From positions 1 to 62,273 of the forward strand of contig JAUCBJ010002872.1 of NCBI GenBank assembly GCA_032718475.1: a DNA stretch of 62,273 bases. The letters are read 5' to 3'. The stretch's first letter is position 1. Every line of letters begins with the position of its first letter. Source of the DNA: Nemertoderma westbladi (lineage: Eukaryota > Animalia > Xenacoelomorpha). Shown here piece by piece: positions 25,307-37,471 of the stretch. The notes beneath the pieces are model-generated. The model was not told the origin of the DNA. It saw only the letters and a list, made by a program, of their open reading frames with translations, and searched no databases. The position numbers and the translations under genes are program-made.

Positions 25307-26692
25307 TATTCATGATGCGCTTCAGCGTTTGAAGTCTGGGAAAACAGATGTTAGTCAGTCATTTGACTCCGGTTGCTTGATATCGGGCGGTCCTGTACTC
25401 GAGGAGCATATCAGTCGTTTATTTAATCTCTGTATTGCACATGGTATGGTTCCACGTACGCTACTATCCATCTCAATTGTTCCCTTGGTTAAAAATAAGC
25501 TGGGCGATATTTCCGCCATTGATAATTATAGGGCAATCGCCATATCTTCGCTCTTGTTGAAAGTTTTCGAATGGGTCATCCTGATCACTCAGAACAACCA
25601 TTTGGCGCTAGACGACTTACAATTCGGATTTCAAAGTAATTCAAGCACTGTGTTCTGCTCATGGGCGGCTACAGATGTAATAGGATATTATCAACGTCAT
25701 TTGACACCAGTTTTTGGGTGTCTCCTTGACCTTACTAAGGCCTTCGACCTTGTTGAGTGGGCTAAGCTCTTCCTGGAACTCCTTCGTAAGGGTTTTTCTG
25801 CGTTATTACTGCGTTGTTTAATATGGGTTTATACATATCAGTTGTGTTCTGTTCGCTGGCAAGATGCGAATTCGTCCCAATTTTCTGTTAGTAACGGCGT
25901 TAGACAAGGTTCTGTAATCTCGCCCATCTTGTTCTGCGTTGTCCTCAATATACTTATTGAAACTCTCAGGGCTGCCGGAGTCGGTTGTCATATTGGTTCG
26001 GTTTTTTATGGAGTGCTAGTTTACGCGGATGACATTTTGCTTCTTAATCCATCGGTGGTAGGTTTACAATTTATGGTAAATATATGTCTTACGTTCTGTC
26101 GTCGTTACAATCTTCGCCTCAGCACAGACATAGATCCGAATAAAAGTAAATCAAAATGTATACCTTTCAATGTTGTCTGGAATCCTCCCAACGTTAAAAT
26201 TGTTGTTAATGGTCTATACCTACCTTGGGTTCGTGAGGCGCGCCATCTTGGGAATACTATCGACTTCAAATGTTCAATGTCCATCGATATAAATAGAAAG
26301 CGTGGCGAATTCTTTGGGAAGCTGGCTAATCTGAGACAGGAATTTAGTTTCGCTTCGCCAGGTGTCTTATCCCGTGTGCAACGTCTGTACTGTATGAATT
26401 TTTATGGGAGCCCACTGTGGGACTTGTGGTCACCGCAATGCACTCAAGTACTTACTACATGGAATAAAAATATTAGGCGGGTTTGGGGATTACCTTTTAA
26501 TTCTCACCGTTTCATTGTTGAGAATATAGTAGATTTTTGTCATCCTTGGGTTATGCTTTGTAAACAATTCGTATCTTTTACATTGAGTTTACGTGCTTCT
26601 AATAAATTGTGCATTCGCTTATTAGCTAATCTAACGGAATTTGATTGTAGAAAGAGAACTGGGTTAAATCTAAGGCGCATTGCCAATGTTTG

Positions 26693-27911
26693 TGTTCGCG
26701 CTTTCAGACCTTTGGCAGTTTAACCCGCCAAATTAAGATGTCTTCTAGATATTAAATCGCTTTTTAGCCTATGACAAGTATTTGATTCACTACACTAGTC
26801 GAAACCAATCCGTGCGCGACCATTCACCCGCTGGATATTCCCGGGAGATTGGGTTCGACGGTTTAATTTTGTTGCTATGTAAGCCTAATGTATTATTCGA
26901 CTGACAGTATTATATAATCTCTGACAATATTATTCACCTTCGGGAATATTAACAGTTCCTTTAGGACGTGGCGCTTTATCTATATAAACAGAGTTATGAC
27001 TTAAACTACTCACAACGATATGGCTTAATTATAATTCACATATATGTCGCATTCTTTAGGAATTGCTTCTTTAACAGACTCGCTCATACGCAATGCTGCA
27101 CAATACTGCACACTAATCTGCCAATCTTCACTGATTTTAGTCACATATAAAAGGAACACAGGCTGACTCATGTAGGGTCTATCAAATAACATTAGATTCA
27201 CTTCAAACCACTTTAACATAAGTCACAATCGTTTATCTGTAACCCTTCTCTCTTACCTTCGGTATATCAAGAATATTGGGTTTCGGGGTTATTTATCGTT
27301 ATTCCAAATATAATAATTCATCAACCATATTATGAAGAACTGACGGTAAATAGCAGTATAAAACAACAATGAAAACACTGATTGTTATGAGTTTGCAATG
27401 TTTCAGCAGTCAGTATGTATGATCAGTTAGCAGTGATTCCATGAGTCAGGTAGGTGCGTTAAAGGATATATGCCCTTTATAATTAAACCTACTAGTGTAA
27501 GACTAAAAACTAAAACACGGAGGTGCCAAAGCCGGTTCTTAGGCTCTGGACAAAAACATAACACTGAACTACTGAGTTTCTGTATATACCTCCAACACAG
27601 AGATCACAAACGCTCTGATTGGTCAACATGAACAACGAGAGAACAGAGAAACAAAGAAACGTCGACGTGGCAATATCAGCTGCTAGCCGTCGTCATGGTA
27701 GCGACACTGTTTTCAAGAGTATCGAGCTTTTACGTCACGGAATTACGGATTATGTCCTCTAAAGTACAAATACAGAAGAAATAGCTTTTATGTCCGCTAA
27801 AACACCAGTACAGCAAGGACACGGCCTTTTTATGCCTGGTAAACCAACTACAGAGTACTTTACGGGAAAAATAAGGAAAAATAACCGGACAATTCAGTAA
27901 AAGCTTTTACA
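26693..27911 (-). repeat. 3' LTR of BEL copy B
   Basis: Matches 36253-37471. I noticed only one difference (T27047 vs G36607). Confidence 0.97.
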
Positions 27912-30900
27912 CCGCTCCCAGAAAATGGGATTTTCAGTCTATAAAATATAAAAATCACAGTTTCTAAAACATAAAGATACTCTAAACAGTTAGTCTTTCT
28001 TACGCAGACGGCGTTTACGCAGTTTTTTGAGGCTAGCAAGAGTCTTTTTCTCTTTGGGGGGAGCCACTTTACTAGGAGGGCCATAACTCCTGGGTGAAGG
28101 GTGCAATATGATTGCATCAGAAGGTGTAGGTTTATGGTCGAGGTATCTGCCGTTTCGATATGCTTCTCCTCGAGCTGATTTTCCTCCGCTCGTAGCTGGA
28201 TACGTTCATCCAAAAACTCTCGCAGAGAATAGGATCGTCCAAGTTCGATAACTTCTTAGAGATTCTGGATTTCCCAATCGAATTGAGATAAGGCCAATTC
28301 GTTTATCGACTGGACTTACTGTTATAACTTACGTTTATCTGAACAAACGCAGGTTTCTCTTTTGATCTTTATAGAATAGCGTTTAACTCGTTTCGTACAA
28401 AGCTCTCCTTCACCTTGATGAGGGGTTGTATCGCGTTAAACGGGGACGACCATACGGTTGGATAGTGATATTAGGTGTCCGCGTCACAATCCGGCTAGGT
28501 AAGATGGGCGGCTAGCTAGAAATCACTGTCGGAGTGTTACCGATTAATTGTTAGGGTAGCACTAGATCTTGAACAGTGAATACCGTCCGCGAGGATCCGC
28601 GACACCACCAGGATCGCAGGTCTGAGGTCCAACTAAGGAATGAGGAGGTTTGACCGAGTATTCCGGGACTCTGATCGTAGGTTTACTCTAGGATCATTAG
28701 AGCCGAGTGAGCATAGGTGATACGTCAAACAAGTTTCGCTCGAAACTCCAGTAAATATAACGAACACAACTGTGTTTAACACGACGTTTCTGTGGATGTT
28801 TATGTCTTTCCGTTTATTGGCTGGGTCTAGGACATTTATCGTAATAATACCAAAGACGCACGTCTGGTAGGGGAAACGCGGGTGATATTTATTTGTTGTT
28901 ACAATGCTCCTATCAAGAATTCCAAATATACGTTGGAGTTACCGCGTCCATTTGTTTCTTTAGTGTCTTTTCTTTCGAGTCGATTTCGAATAGAATTTTC
29001 GCATTCGAATTTCAGTTTATGGTTCCGACTCCGCTGGGCAGGATATATAGTCGACATAGTCCGTATTGTGTAAATCGATAGGATGACCAGTAGTTAAGAA
29101 GACCACATACGTACCATTACGCTGCGTATATCGAGCAGCGAATTTTCTATAGTCCAACTCGCGCGCGAGCTGCTCTTGGGACATTGGCGGTTCGATATAA
29201 CGACCATCGTCCTCCGCAGCAGTTGGACTAACGTCGCCGCGTATTAAGCTATCAACAAACGCTTGCAAAAGTAGAGTATATCGCTCCCCGATACCAAGAA
29301 CATCTGCTATCAACTCCATCATGTCTGCTATATATGAGTTTATCCACATTATAAGGAGTTTATATTCAGGCCAGCGAGCGTCGCTGCCCACTCCAATTAA
29401 CCCCCGGACAGTACGAGATCCTCAGCGCCGATGTGTCGTCGCCGCTGTACTTTCGCCAACGACGTAGCCGCACAACGACAACGACAACCGACACAAGTCA
29501 CTCGACTGTCCGTCCCAAAGACTTAGATGTACTTCAGGTTTTCCTTGGAGAGTTAGGTTACTTTTACGATTGCGACTAGCTACTGTAAACACACCTTAGT
29601 AGTAACATTCGCCTATAAACTCACAAGTACCACACACACAACTTGTCACAAATTACACACACTCGGGTCACTTGTCCGTTAGTCAATGCCTTCCAGAATG
29701 TCACTGTATTATTATGTATCCTTGGATACTATCAGTGCACTATTTATTCCCTATGCTATTCAATGGGACAAGCTTTCTATTGTTCTTTTAACTCAATTCT
29801 AATTCTAGCGTGGTTGTTGCTATGGTGACATTATGCAAAGCTAGCGGTAGAATTAGAGCAATTCCAATGCATACAGATCTGGGATGTTATTTAATAGTAT
29901 TCTTTAATAGTCAATGTTCTGTTTTATACATGACTTTATGAATTTTATCGGCTATTGACTATGTTTGGGAGACTTTCGCACACTCATACACATAATAAGA
30001 TAAATCTCCGCTCCCTTGATCTATTAATTAATGGAATTTTGGGAATGTTATAAATTGCGTAAAAATGGCAATTTATTAAATTCATTAAAAGGCATGAATT
30101 TAAATTTATTCCCTGAAATTTTATTATTTGATAATTAAATTGACATATTTTGATTCTAGAATATGTCTGGGGACACAAGATCCTTAATTCTATGACAATT
30201 GTCTTTTTAAGAATATCGGTAAATGCTACGATATCTTAATTGACTAGAATTGCTGAAGGATCTGAATTTTACAGATTTTGATTTATTAGATTTGCAAATA
30301 TTAAATAATTAATATTTGAGATGGGCACCGATTTATTCCAGAACTTGTCTGGGGACGTTAACCACTGATTCTAGAATTTGTCTTTCAAGTATATCGGTGG
30401 GTGCCGCGATATCTTAATCGACTAGAATTACAGATGGTCAAAGGGTTTAACAGATTTATTTTGCGTGATACGCTACTGTTAAAGGGACATCACGCTACTA
30501 TATGTATTATTTAATATACGGTATGAGAGCAATATCGCACGAAGCAATGTCAGTGTGAAGAGGCAAGTCGTTTCCAAGGTCTACCCAGAGCTTGGTTTAG
30601 CCGAGACACGAGGATCTGAACTTTGCATTCCTAATACTCTGCCTACCAATAATACTTAAATACAGTAGTGGCTTTATTGTACTTTAATAAGTACAGACAT
30701 TTCATCTTACTGTAGTTACGTATTTATAATATAATACGGATAGTAAGGAAAGAGAAAAAATAATTATTTCTTCGCCGTCTCACTAAATATAATATAAGTA
30801 AGTATGTACGTAATAAACACGAATATATTGCACTATTCTACAAAATAATCGCTAAATAATATTCTACTAAATTAAATAAAACGATTATAATAAAATTACA

Positions 30901-30975
30901 TAGTAATACATACAGAAATATAAAAATAATAAAATAATATAAAATAATAGAGTCACACACCCACTCCATATGTTG

Positions 30976-33900
30976 TTACGTTATGGAGTCCCTAGATGTT
31001 TGAAGGATTAGGGAGGTGGTCGTGGGATGAGAATCTTGTCTTCCACAGTTTCCGGAGAGTCCTCCATTCCCTTCCGATAAACACAAACGACCGACTGGGT
31101 GATTGAGTCGCTGCATCCTGAATACAATTCCAGGTTTCCTCTTCGTCCTGGAATAGTGACGATAGAAACATCGCTCAAAGTATATGACGGCGTCACAAAG
31201 CCGATTCCAGGAGCTATAGTGGTCCGTCGCTCTCTGCAGGAGAGGTGAGAGTCCCTGCGAGACGTCTGATGTTCCAGAGCTCCAATCGCTCTCTCTGATC
31301 TTCATGAAGGATCCACTCGCGGAGGGGAGGCCCAGATCCACGGCGTCGTCCCTGGCAACATGTAATACCGACAGATCTATCCCGGGTTCAAATAACTCCG
31401 ATCCACCCGTCCGGGTTTCAGGTTCGACTTTCTCCGCTCCCTTGGCTGGTCTAATCTCAGTCGGAGTAAGATGGGGAGGCCATTCATTCTCCTTACTCAG
31501 GAAGTCGGGTTCACCTAACCGGTCTATAGTATCTGTCAGTTCTTGAGGAGTTGCTCCTCTGGAAGCGATGTCCGTTGGATTAAACTTCTTGGGGCAATAT
31601 CTCCATTGATCTACATTGGAGCTAAGATTGTCATTATCTGAGGAGTGTGGTGTTCCCTCAGTTGGGTCGTCTCCATCACTAGTATCATCTTCCCATTCAC
31701 TCACCTGGCAGACGCGATCTTGAAGCAGTCTTTCCCTGAGCGTTCTACGGGAAGGTCCAGTAAGGTACCAACCTACTCTAGTTCTTACCGCATAGGTCTG
31801 TAGGGGCTGCGGTTGAGCAGGTCGTTTCTCTAATGTCTCCAGCGCCTCATGCGCGTTTTGGCCGATGAGTATTTGCACTCCAGGATAATCAGTCTGGAAT
31901 CGAGGTATGTTAAGATGTTGGATGCTCTCATCCTCGTCCCAATTATAAAGGTCTGCTTGAGTAGTAGCGAAGTTCTTTATAGCCACCATTTTCACTGACC
32001 TTATGCTATGTTCTCCTAGTTCGTCTTGTGGGGTGGACAACGCGCCTACATAATAATCAGCTGTTATTGTAGATTTCCAAACTTGCATAATGCCTGACAT
32101 GTTGAGCTTAGTTTGGAACTTGGGTTGTCCAGCAAATATATCTTCGGCTAGCTCTTTATCGATGAATGTTCCTGTGCTGCCGGAGTCCAGGAGGGCGTTC
32201 ACTACATAACTCCGTTTAGGTCCGTGCACCCTTACCTGCACCACAGGAAACTCTCGGATTCCTATATTGGAAGTTGGCGCTTTCCAAGATGGTTGTTGAT
32301 CGGAAGTAGTTAAGGTAAGGTCGCTGTCTGTGTCTTTCTCATGTACGAGTGCTCGATACACTGCGGTGGTGTTTATTAGGTAACAGGATTCGTTTTGGTC
32401 GGAGAACTCGTCCGTATAGAATCCTTCCATCTCAGATTGATCAGTGTCGTTCACATCACTGAATTGGACATGTAGTTCGGACTCACTTACCTGACTCGGG
32501 CTGTTTCGTTCGAATTCCGTGTGCAACAAGATATGATGATTTGCGCCGCACTTTGCACACCTTGCGTCGGAGTTACAGGTTCGCCGTTGGTGTCCTCGTC
32601 TGAGGCAATTATAACACAACCGCTTATCCCACATGACTTCACGTCTATCCTCGAGTGATTTCCTCAGGAATTTATCACACGCATTTAAACGGTGGGGCCC
32701 GTCGCACAGCACACATTTCGGCTTGATGTTACTTACTTTAACCTGTGCTATGTGGTGCACACTTGTTCTTTCCTCGGGCTTTCTCACCTGAATTCCTTTA
32801 GGAGACGTAGGAGGGGTTTTTTGTACCGGTTCCCTTCTGTCATTGGGTCGAGACTTGGATTTACTTACCTGTTCTTTAGGCATTTTATTGACATAATAAG
32901 GCCTGTCAGTGTCTTTCCCGCTGTCCTCTCCTTGAGAGGTTTGGCTTTCACCGTCGTCGGTATAACATACTGGTGTTACCCTTCTCCTAGAAACGGGTTT
33001 CTCACTTACCTTGTTTTCCAATGTCTTCTCTCTGGACTGCCTTAGGAGCTGTAATTTCACTTCTCTATCTAAGAATGACATGAGATCAGTCATGGTAGGG
33101 TCTCGTCGTTGTTGTTCCATCATATATAACACCTTCTTATCCCAGCGTGTACCTACTCCACCCTTGGGCAAAGCAGATGCTAAGGCTCTTACAACCATAG
33201 AATTCTGGTATTCATGAGACTTACCTAGCCAATCTAATTGTCTACAGATCTCCTGAATCTCATCGGAAAACTCTATAATCCCGCTGCTAAGAAACTTTCG
33301 GGGCGCCATTAATTTTGCATACAAATACCCAGCTATGTCATTCCTATTACCATACCTGATGTTTAGTGTATCCCAAACTTGTCTTAATCCATCTGGATGT
33401 CCAATAAATTTTAACGCCATTGACTTGGGAGGTCCTTCCAAACATTCGATGAGGAATCTAAGTTTCTCTCCGTTAGATAGTACAGAGTTCTGTATGTTAT
33501 CTTTATAATATTCATTAAAAGGTAACCATTTCATCTCATCTCCATTGAACTTGACGATCTCTCCCACCTTTACCGCTTGCCGGGCTTCGGTTCTAGCCAT
33601 TTGACGCGTAAAACTTTCTTGAGCCATCGTATTATTGAATATAGAATTATCGGTATATAAATTTCTCGGATTATGATCAGGTCTATATGGAATATTATTA
33701 TCAACAGGTTTATAATTACCCTGAATAGGGTTTACTATAGGAGTTTCTACTTCACTAGCAGTATAGATGCGTGTAGGCTCCACACCTTGCGCATGAAATA
33801 CTTCAGACCTAACGGGTTGACACATTGTTACAGGGGGTGGTGTTATACCCCTTTGTAAATTTACTAATTTATCGCGCTCTAGCGCGATATTTTGCTGCAC

Positions 33901-34029
33901 TTCTTGCAGCTCTAACTTGCTTTCCCTCACTGTTCCCTTTAAATGTTGGACAGTCTCCTGCATCTGCCCGAGCAGGATATCCATTGTATCTAGTAGACTG
34001 TCTGACAGGTTCTGCTTAGTATCAGACAT
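30976..34029 (-). CDS. gag-pro: BEL Gag-aspartic protease ORF (1017 aa) with RT, most of RNase H and integrase missing
   Basis: DUF1759-like gag core. Three BEL Cys-His knuckles (CVLC..H....C, CYNC....H....C, CAKC...HHILLH). Protease ALLDSGS. YAVRTRVGW is followed ~50 aa later by QWRY..NPTDIASRG (end of RNase H) and YSSWNRL. No YVDD or integrase motifs. Confidence 0.92.
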   Translation of the reverse strand: MSDTKQNLSDSLLDTMDILLGQMQETVQHLKGTVRESKLELQEVQQNIALERDKLVNLQRGITPPPVTMCQPVRSEVFHAQGVEPTRIYTASEVETPIVNPIQGNYKPVDNNIPYRPDHNPRNLYTDNSIFNNTMAQESFTRQMARTEARQAVKVGEIVKFNGDEMKWLPFNEYYKDNIQNSVLSNGEKLRFLIECLEGPPKSMALKFIGHPDGLRQVWDTLNIRYGNRNDIAGYLYAKLMAPRKFLSSGIIEFSDEIQEICRQLDWLGKSHEYQNSMVVRALASALPKGGVGTRWDKKVLYMMEQQRRDPTMTDLMSFLDREVKLQLLRQSREKTLENKVSEKPVSRRRVTPVCYTDDGESQTSQGEDSGKDTDRPYYVNKMPKEQVSKSKSRPNDRREPVQKTPPTSPKGIQVRKPEERTSVHHIAQVKVSNIKPKCVLCDGPHRLNACDKFLRKSLEDRREVMWDKRLCYNCLRRGHQRRTCNSDARCAKCGANHHILLHTEFERNSPSQVSESELHVQFSDVNDTDQSEMEGFYTDEFSDQNESCYLINTTAVYRALVHEKDTDSDLTLTTSDQQPSWKAPTSNIGIREFPVVQVRVHGPKRSYVVNALLDSGSTGTFIDKELAEDIFAGQPKFQTKLNMSGIMQVWKSTITADYYVGALSTPQDELGEHSIRSVKMVAIKNFATTQADLYNWDEDESIQHLNIPRFQTDYPGVQILIGQNAHEALETLEKRPAQPQPLQTYAVRTRVGWYLTGPSRRTLRERLLQDRVCQVSEWEDDTSDGDDPTEGTPHSSDNDNLSSNVDQWRYCPKKFNPTDIASRGATPQELTDTIDRLGEPDFLSKENEWPPHLTPTEIRPAKGAEKVEPETRTGGSELFEPGIDLSVLHVARDDAVDLGLPSASGSFMKIRESDWSSGTSDVSQGLSPLLQRATDHYSSWNRLCDAVIYFERCFYRHYSRTKRKPGIVFRMQRLNHPVGRLCLSEGNGGLSGNCGRQDSHPTTTSLILQTSRDSIT

Positions 34030-36252
34030 GACTAGGTATGTACAGTTGAATGCCTACTGCTATATTACAGTCTAAGCAAGTCTAGTAACTCAGTATGAAC
34101 TGCTAGCCTAGTAATTAATTACCGTTACTGCTACTCAGTGTAGCGTGATATATATATAATATATTAGAATACCGGTATACTTATAGTATATATAACTATA
34201 TAAGTATTATTACAGACTAGGTTTATCACAGAATACCGGTATAATTTTAGCACAAATATATATAAATATATAATAGGCCTATCGGGAATACCGGTATACA
34301 GTTTACAGTTTGTAGGATATATAATTCTGAAATAGAATTAATTACAAGTACCGGTATAATTTCAGCCTAGATTTATAGAAATAAAGATAATAGGCCTATC
34401 GTAAATACCGGTATATCAATTATTTCAAATAATTGAATTTCTGTTACTTTAGGGTTACTTTGTTACTTTACTTACTTTATTACCGTTATTTGAGCAGTAA
34501 TCCAACTGATATTGGGACCTAATGGTTGTATGGTAGGCCTACTATTTATAAATCGTTAGATTTGATTTATAATATATATATACCCGTTTTAATGGGTTTT
34601 GTCAATGTTTGAAATAAATGTTATTATTTCTGGGGGTAATCACTACACAAAGCGGTGCGCTTTCAATGAAGTGTTACTTATGAGACACTAAAACAAATAA
34701 TACTAATTTACCTAAGTTACTTAATACTACAAATTACGTACAATTCGGGTGAGATTACAATCTCTAAATAAACACAAAAATTTACAAAAACACAAATACG
34801 AATTTTTAGGGTATTTTTACAAGAAGTCTACAAACCAGCCTAACAAAGGGTTAGAATACCGGTTATTACAACGGACAGGGTACTACGGTATTTGAAATAA
34901 TAAGTAGTAGTAAATACACTGCGTTGTCTAGATAGGAAAATACCACCGCCTGACGACCTATAGCCGTATCGCTATAGGTTCTACGTTATGTATCACGGAG
35001 TGTTCCTACCTAGAAGTTAATAGAGCTAATCGAATGTGCCTATCAACCACTTTACAACACAAATATAATGCCTACACTAATTATTTTCGGAAAGCACTGT
35101 ACACTAAACCCTAAATTAGGTACGAGTACTTGTACAACAGATAATCAGTAGTTAAATATACTTGAACAGCTAAAGGAACCACGGCATCTGCTGGAGTGAC
35201 CGATGCACAAAATCACCAGTCTTTACCTACGCCGAGCAGCCCGTGTAGTACCGGGGTTAATTTAACTATAGCGGTATGTATAACAAACACAATTACTGTA
35301 GGAACAAACTTGGGGAATGAATGTTGCGGATAATCGCATAAACTCTGAATAATAAATATTACGCTACGCGTACAAACTACTCAAACAAAATACAGACCGA
35401 ACACTGACAGACTACTATCAAGCCTAAACAAACTACGGTATATGCAGACTCCGAAATGATTAGGGAGTATGCGCTCTAACCCAGTAGTGCGACTTATTCT
35501 TTAGTTGGGGGATTACCTTACAGCGTTCGCTGCCCCTACTGCCTAATCGTACTTAATCGGACAGATGATCTACACACGCGGCAATCCGTTCAGACCTAAT
35601 AACAGCCAGACAACTATCCAGCCTACAAATTATCTAAATAAAATTATACGCTACCCGTACAGACTTACACAAACAAAGTACAGACTAAACGATGGCAGAC
35701 CACTCTCAAGCCTAAATAAACCACAGGACATGCAGACTCCGAAATGATTAGGGAGTATGCGCTCTAACCCAGTAGTGCGACTTATTCTTTAGTTGGGGGA
35801 TTACCTTACAGTGTTCGCTGCCCCTACTGCCTAATCGTACTTAATCGGACAAGTGCTCTACACACACTGCAATCCGTTCAGACTTAACAGCAATCAGACA
35901 ACAGCTCAGCCTACAAATTGTCTGTACAATCTGATCAGGTTTACACGCCTTCTGTTCAATACTGGCCTACAAATAAATAAAACTTGACAGAGATAAGTAA
36001 ACCATATAAAGGTATAAGGGGTGATCAATCCCTAATCCCCTAAACAGCCTACCGGTATACAACAATCAAATCGAATAATACTAGTGTACTTATACTGAAG
36101 TACCGGTTAGAACAGCTAGGCCTATCGGACCTACAGAAGTACCGGTTCTAGCGGTTGGGCCTACTGACCTACAGATGTACCTTTCAGGTTTACCGGTTGA
36201 CCGGTACTTTCAACTTTATTGCTTACTGCAACAAAGAAGCAATATCCTTTAA

Positions 36253-37471
36253 TGTTCGCGCTTTCAGACCTTTGGCAGTTTAACCCGCCAAATTAAGATG
36301 TCTTCTAGATATTAAATCGCTTTTTAGCCTATGACAAGTATTTGATTCACTACACTAGTCGAAACCAATCCGTGCGCGACCATTCACCCGCTGGATATTC
36401 CCGGGAGATTGGGTTCGACGGTTTAATTTTGTTGCTATGTAAGCCTAATGTATTATTCGACTGACAGTATTATATAATCTCTGACAATATTATTCACCTT
36501 CGGGAATATTAACAGTTCCTTTAGGACGTGGCGCTTTATCTATATAAACAGAGTTATGACTTAAACTACTCACAACGATATGGCTTAATTATAATTCACA
36601 TATATGGCGCATTCTTTAGGAATTGCTTCTTTAACAGACTCGCTCATACGCAATGCTGCACAATACTGCACACTAATCTGCCAATCTTCACTGATTTTAG
36701 TCACATATAAAAGGAACACAGGCTGACTCATGTAGGGTCTATCAAATAACATTAGATTCACTTCAAACCACTTTAACATAAGTCACAATCGTTTATCTGT
36801 AACCCTTCTCTCTTACCTTCGGTATATCAAGAATATTGGGTTTCGGGGTTATTTATCGTTATTCCAAATATAATAATTCATCAACCATATTATGAAGAAC
36901 TGACGGTAAATAGCAGTATAAAACAACAATGAAAACACTGATTGTTATGAGTTTGCAATGTTTCAGCAGTCAGTATGTATGATCAGTTAGCAGTGATTCC
37001 ATGAGTCAGGTAGGTGCGTTAAAGGATATATGCCCTTTATAATTAAACCTACTAGTGTAAGACTAAAAACTAAAACACGGAGGTGCCAAAGCCGGTTCTT
37101 AGGCTCTGGACAAAAACATAACACTGAACTACTGAGTTTCTGTATATACCTCCAACACAGAGATCACAAACGCTCTGATTGGTCAACATGAACAACGAGA
37201 GAACAGAGAAACAAAGAAACGTCGACGTGGCAATATCAGCTGCTAGCCGTCGTCATGGTAGCGACACTGTTTTCAAGAGTATCGAGCTTTTACGTCACGG
37301 AATTACGGATTATGTCCTCTAAAGTACAAATACAGAAGAAATAGCTTTTATGTCCGCTAAAACACCAGTACAGCAAGGACACGGCCTTTTTATGCCTGGT
37401 AAACCAACTACAGAGTACTTTACGGGAAAAATAAGGAAAAATAACCGGACAATTCAGTAAAAGCTTTTACA
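36253..37471 (-). repeat. 5' LTR of BEL copy B
   Basis: Direct repeat of 26693-27911 at offset 9560. Confidence 0.97.

Larger units (their letters stand above)
26693..37471 (-). mobile_element. Complete young non-autonomous BEL/Pao LTR retrotransposon, copy B (10.8 kb)
   Basis: Two 1219-bp TG..CA LTRs. 5-bp TSD GTTTG (26688-26692, 37472-37476). PPT-like TGGGAGCGG before the 3' LTR. Gag-PR ORF. Confidence 0.97.

Noticed and set aside
27860-28213. env-like ORF before the 3' LTR
   Set aside because: Short, TTG-initiated, runs into the LTR, and has no signal peptide or convincing glycoprotein features.
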